NCBI RefSeq assembly: GCF_009914755.1
Contig: NC_060932.1
Reading direction: 5' to 3' (one strand)
Length of the DNA: 64,000 nucleotides
DNA from: the human T2T-CHM13v2.0 reference genome, Homo sapiens
Position numbers and translations under genes: made by a program. Shown in pieces: positions 58,346 through 64,000 of the stretch. The first letter of the stretch is position 1. Each line of letters starts with the position of its first letter. The notes beneath the pieces were generated by a model. That model made no database searches. It was given only the letters and a program-made list of their open reading frames with translations, and had not been told where the DNA came from.

Positions 58346-59161
58346 GGCATAGAACTATATGCATCATAGAACTATATGCAGCTCCTACAACCATTTCTGT
58401 CAAATACTAGAAGACCCTGCTATACAGTTAATTTAAATAATTATAAAAAACTACAAGTAATATACTATGAGGTTTTGATATGAACTGTGAATTTCTTTTG
58501 TGTCATGATTGGTAGAACAATCAGCTTGGTGTAAAGAAAGTATTTCTGTCTTCTTTAGATTTGGTTGTCTTTGTTACCTGTTGACTTCTCCTACATCCAC
58601 CCCAACCCCATCTTGTTTCATTGTCTGCCTTGCATTTGCAGTGTCCTTTGTCAAAGCCTGTAATATTAATTGCAGATAATCCTTAGTTCCTCAGTCTGTA
58701 ATTACTCCAAATCCAAATCTGTGTTAAGTACAAAGCTTCAATGACAATTTCTAAGGAGGTTTTGCTTTCTTTTGATGTACCCTGCAAACTGCCTGTAACT
58801 TGTTAGCTAGAGTTGATAGAGTTGCATCTAATTCTGCAACTTTATGCTTGCTTTCTGTCTGTATTCCACATACCTTCCTTGAACCATACATTAAGTGAGT
58901 AAAGCATTATCTTGTTTCTTAAACTTTCCCCTAAAACATACTGAGAAAATCTCTCAAATTCAAAAATAAATACAATTTGCTGCTTTTTAAGAAATTAGGA
59001 TAGGTACCTTTCCTCTACTAGATACTCAGAAAGTACCTGTTCTTAGTCTTTAAAAGAGTTTCCATATTCCTTTTGGTGTCCAGCGACCACTCACCTTCTA
59101 CCAGCACCTCAATTTCCTTTGGATTATTACTTCAAGCATTGTGTTGGCCTCAGTGGAATGA

Positions 59162-59800
59162 TGTACCAGTACTTAAGCTATTGTCTCTGAGCTCTTATCT
59201 ACTCTGCTTTGCCTGGCTTTGTGAGACCGGTGCAAGGATTATACACATTAATATCTTTCCTTTGTCAGATGACTTCCTGTTTATAGGGGACAATAGAAGG
59301 AGACTAGAAGACAGGAGAGGGGAGAAGGAACCTGATATTTCCTGTTTACTAGTAACAAGTTCTGTCTTCAGAGCCCTGGTGTTGGTGTTTCACCCATGCA
59401 GTAGCAGTGTCTTCTGGTGTCCAGCTTCTTGCAGCACTCCCACAACCAGGCTGAGGTGTACCCACAGCAGCCTGGCAGAGCACCTTCCCCTCAGAGGTCT
59501 GAGTCCAGATTTACAGGCTCTCCTTCCAGCTCTTGAGACACTAGCAGTAGCTGGACTCTGCTGTCTTCTTCAGATATTAAGTTTCACTGACAGAGGGTTT
59601 CTCCTGCCTTCTAGACTTGGATAACTCAATCTCTTCCCTTTGTTCTGGCAGCCCTAGGATGGCAAATGCTTTCTGCAGTTATTACCTTTGTGTCTCTTCA
59701 GCATTATTATGTGATTTTTTTAGTCCTCCAATTGCCTATATTAAAATCTGTCTGTTAACCTAGCGTGGCTTCAGCTTTCCTGAGTGAACTCAAAGGCTGA
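59162..59800 (+). mobile_element. LTR33-like (ERVL) solo LTR
   Basis: 'tgtaccagtacttaagctattgtctctgagctc...ctttgtgagac...cttcctgtt...ggagactagaagacaggagagg'; attaaa followed by 'cctagcgtggcttcagctttcctga'. Confidence 0.65.
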
Positions 59801-60262
59801 GAGTAAATCCTGGTGTCTGTTTAAATAAAAGTTAGAACCCTAGAGTCTAGATTGTCCTTCTCCTACCCTAGCACAGCCGGTCTGTGTCCACAAGCTGATC
59901 ACAGATAATCAAACACTTTTTAATGAGCTTCTGAATCTTGAAAAGGCTGAAAATAAATAATAGTAGGAATTTGCTCATCATGCCAGGGAAAATTGACTTT
60001 ACTCTTCTTGTTATGAGGTTTTTCCTAAGGGTCCTGTTTCCTAGCCATCTGAAGCTCCCTTAATGGCTCTTGTTAAGCCTGGTACTCTGGCCTTCACTCA
60101 AGTCTGTGATTCCCCTGACAGTGTCCCAAAAATGTCCCACCTTAGCCAGAGTCATATTTAGCTGTCTTCAGCCAAGGAATGCTTTAAAATGTATTTAAAA
60201 TTTAGTTGCATCACTACCATCCTTACTCTACTAAGGATGAGAATCTTCTAGTTTCATAGGAC

Positions 60263-60333
60263 TTCCTTCCTTCCTTCCTTCCTTCCTTCCTTCCTTCCTT
60301 CCTTCCTTCCTTCCTTCCTCCCATCCTTCCTTC
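60263..60333. repeat. (TTCC)n tetranucleotide repeat
   Basis: Directly visible, ~14 perfect units. Confidence 0.95.
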
Positions 60334-60379
60334 CACTCTTGAAGCTCCCCTCAGAAAGAATAGATTGTAGCTGGTGGTA

Positions 60380-60664
60380 AAACTTTCTCTCTGTCAGACC
60401 TTTAAAATTGTCAGAATTTTAGTCTCTTTTTCCTGTGAGTTAATCTTTCCTAGATGCAGAGAAGGTAAGTAAGGTGTGAGTGTATGTTTGGGGGGTGGCC
60501 TTAAAGAAGCCTGTTTGCATCTGTAGATTTCCTCTAAGGATGCAATCTCCTCTACAAAAAGATGGCTTTTCCAAGCCATCCCCATGTCTGCAGTCCCTCT
60601 GAATAGCTGTATCAAAATATGCCAAATAAATATATTTTGGGGTAACATATTTTTGTTTTCTTCA
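60380..60664 (-). mobile_element. MER34-family (ERV1) LTR 5' part
   Basis: Minus strand begins tgaagaaaacaaaaatatgttaccccaaaatata...ggcatattttga...attcagagggactgca. Confidence 0.65.
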
Positions 60665-60815
60665 CAGAGACTGGCCCTCACCAAATCTGGCCAAACCTGC
60701 CAGATCCTTGATGTTAGACCTCCCAGCTTCTAGAACTATGAGAAATAAATTTTTTTAATTTATAAGTTACCCAGTTTGTGGTATTTTGTTAGAGCAGCAG
60801 AAATGGACCAAGTCA
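60665..60815 (+). mobile_element. MaLR (MST/MLT1A-like) LTR 3' part
   Basis: 'ccctcacca...ccttgatgttagacctcccagcttctagaactatgagaaataaat...gtggtattttgttagagcagcagaaatggaccaagtca'. Confidence 0.8.
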
Positions 60816-60859
60816 AAGATTAATTAACCTTCACTTACCTTTCCCTGATACCCTTGTTT

Positions 60860-61480
60860 TCTTTACATAGATTCCAGTTTCCAACCTATACAATTTTCTT
60901 CTTTCTGACTTCCTTTAAGATTTCTTAAAGGACAGGTCTACTGGTGATGAATTCTCTCAGTTTTTGTTTGCCTGAGAAAGCTTTTTTTTTCCTCCTTCAC
61001 TATCGATAGATAATTTTGCTGGGTAGAGAATTCTAGGTTTGGTGACTTGTTTTCTTTTAGCACTTTAAATATTACATTTCACTTTCTTCTTACTTGCATG
61101 GTTTATGACAAAATGTCTTCTGTAATTCTTCTATAAATACATTTTTTATTTATTTAAATTTTTAACCTCTGGCTTCTTCCAATATTTTCTCTTTGCATTT
61201 TGTTGTTTTCAGTTTGAATATGATAGGCATAAGTGTTACTTGATTTTTTCTGGATATGAAGTTTGGTGTTTGTCATTAATTTGGGGAGGTTCTTGGCCAT
61301 TATTACTCCAAATATTTTTTCCATTATGTTCTCTCTATTCCCATTACACATTACACACTTTGAAATTTATCTTAGTTCTTAGATGTTATATTCTGTTTTT
61401 TTTTTTTTGCCTTGTTTTGTTTTATTTTGTTTTTCATTCTGTTTTTCTCTTTGCATTTCAGTTTGGAAAGTTTCTAGTGA
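60860..61480 (-). mobile_element. old L1M ORF1-region fragment
   Basis: 'caggtctactggtgatgaattctctcagtttttgtttgcctgagaaag...ataattttgctgggtagagaattctagg'; ORF EKIFGVIMAKNLPKLM. Confidence 0.7.
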
Positions 61481-61484
61481 CATC

Positions 61485-61808
61485 CCAAGTTAACAAAAGA
61501 ACAATAAATTTTTAAAGAAGTGACAGGCAAATGAAAAGGTCTTTGTGTTTCTAGGGCAGCAAATAGTGGAAGGGTAACTATATGGGGGAACTAATGTAAA
61601 ATAAAGGCTAGTTAGTAAAGTTTATTATGTAGATTTCTCTGGGTTGATAAAGGATCTAGAGTTGCTCTTGATTAACTTTTATCCTTCCTAGTAGTGAGAG
61701 GGTGGGGACAACTTTACAAACTATGTCCTGCTTTTAGACAAATAAGGACAGGGCAGAGGGCATTTCTTGTATCTGCTTCTTCTCAATAGCCTTCAGATCA
61801 AAATAATG
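61485..61808 (-). mobile_element. MER31-like (ERV1) LTR fragment
   Basis: 'aaaggctagttagtaaagttt...gtcctgcttttagacaaataagg...tctgcttcttctcaatagccttcagatcaaaataat'. Confidence 0.65.
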
Positions 61809-62319
61809 AAGAAACGATAAGTGGCTGAGAGAAAGGAAGCAAATAAAACTTAAGCAACTGCAAAGGGGGATTGTTCTTACTTTCATGATGGCCCATACCA
61901 CCCTACTGTAGCCTCTGCCCATGTCCACTTTTAGAAATTAAGAAATAACTATGAATGCAAAAATCCTTGATCATTTTCACTACAGCCATTACTATAGTTA
62001 TCAACAGTATAGTTCCCTTATATAATTTTTTTTGAATTGACATATGGCATATGGCCCCACATATGCCTGGACTAACTGTCTTTTCATTTGCAATTCTGTG
62101 ATAATCCAGCTAAATATAACACTCTCATTCTAATCTTCTTAAAACCGAGTCATGAACAATACACTTCCTTGCTCTAACACCTTGAAGAACCCTCTTTTGC
62201 CCAAAGGAAGAAACCTACATGCTACATCACTCCTATATACTTGGTATCTCTCCATTGATATGTTGTTATGGGAATTTTGTGCCAGCCAAACTCTTTGTTC
62301 TTTGAATATGCCTACTTCT

Positions 62320-62422
62320 TTTGACAATTAAAATTTTTTTTTCTAGAAATAGGGTCTTGCTCTGTTGCCCAAGCTGGCCTCAAATTCTTGGGTTCAAGTG
62401 ATCCTCCTGCCCCAGTCTCCTG
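62320..62422 (-). mobile_element. 5'-truncated Alu monomer (FLAM/AluJ-like)
   Basis: 'gaaatagggtcttgctctgttgcccaagctgg...tcaagtgatcctcctgcc'; perfect 17-bp TSD tgaatatgcctacttct at 62303-62319 and 62423-62439. Confidence 0.88.
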
Positions 62423-62682
62423 TGAATATGCCTACTTCTAGGCCTTATTCTGAATTAATCTTTCTGTCGGAAATTCTTTCACTGACCATTTTCCACTTAT
62501 AAAGGCCTGTTTCTTCACCCAATTCACATTTTTTACATTCACTACAACCACTTTCTCACTATGCCAGCCCTCAATGATCATTCCACCTTTGGAAGTATAC
62601 ATCCATGTTGTGTGTGCCATGCATTCTTAACTGAGAACCCACTACCTTCTATTTGTATGTATTTTTGTACACAACTTCTTGT

Positions 62683-62830
62683 GTAGGGGAAAAAAACAAA
62701 ATACTTTTCTCTCTATCCATCTTAGATTAATTTGCTGGGGCCCTGTAAATTAGACTAACAAAAGACTAATTAACAAGAGAAAACTAAACGAAAGTTTATT
62801 AACATGTGATGTATGACAAGCACATGCAGA
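62683..62830 (-). mobile_element. MER31-like LTR 3' end fragment
   Basis: 'tgtagggg...ttgctggggccctgtaaattagactaacaaaagactaattaacaagagaaaa...gtttattaacatg'. Confidence 0.6.
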
Positions 62831-63307
62831 ACAGTACCTAGAAATGTATTAGTCAGGCAAATACAATTTATTAAATTAATTTTTGTTTTTGCTTTTCCTT
62901 TACAATTTACCCTAGGTCTGCTTGGAGTGTTATAAAAATTATGTAACAGCTAGAATGTCTTTTTATTTATCTTCCTGGGAAGACATTAAAGAATATTTGA
63001 ACAACTTGTGGCAATTGATAGATTTCTAGGTTTCAGGTGTGAAATGAAATTATGAAGTGTATGAGTTAGCTGTTACCCAGATACTCTTTGTTGCACGTTC
63101 AAGAAATAATTAAAACCCAAAAGTTTGACATCTAAGTTATTTTAATTAATTGAATAGATTTTAATTGCTTGGTAGTCTTTATTCATTCAGTATTATGCAC
63201 TGCTTCTATATACAATGATTAAAATTAGAAGACAAAATAGAGTTGTCTTCCTCATCAGAAATAAAACTTAAATTGGATATGCCATCATAACATTGCAGAG
63301 TTGGTAC

Positions 63308-64000
<693 letters not shown>

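Noticed and set aside
59073-59624. 183-aa ORF
   Set aside because: It has a non-ATG start, lies mostly within the LTR33-like element and shows no recognisable homology.

Overview
This is primate (catarrhine, probably human or ape) non-coding genomic DNA. I found no protein-coding gene, RNA gene, CpG island or CRISPR array. The ORF track is explained by decayed LINE-1 ORF1/ORF2 fragments, Alu/LTR translations and chance ORFs. About half the window is interspersed repeat. The main structure is a ~20 kb LINE-1 block (28.9-49.5 kb). It holds a near-full-length L1PA12-16-type element with two Alu insertions, and a full-length L1PB1-type element containing a twin-primed 5'-inverted L1PA fragment and a full-length L1PA5-7-type element, each with a readable target-site duplication (TSD). 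Elsewhere there are about ten Alus, a MER52 solo LTR, an internally deleted THE1 provirus, LTR33/MER34/MER31/MER39/MLT remnants, hAT-Charlie DNA transposon fossils, MIR/L2 fossils and microsatellites. Every L1 lies on the minus strand, which suggests an intron of a plus-strand gene; one candidate small exon sits at ~35.75-35.81 kb. I see no support for a new biological system. The most notable signals are mutational scars: a twin-priming fold-back, templated deletion filler, template-switch palindromes and an insertion lacking a TSD. Subfamily names come from my recall of consensus sequences and need RepeatMasker/Dfam confirmation.
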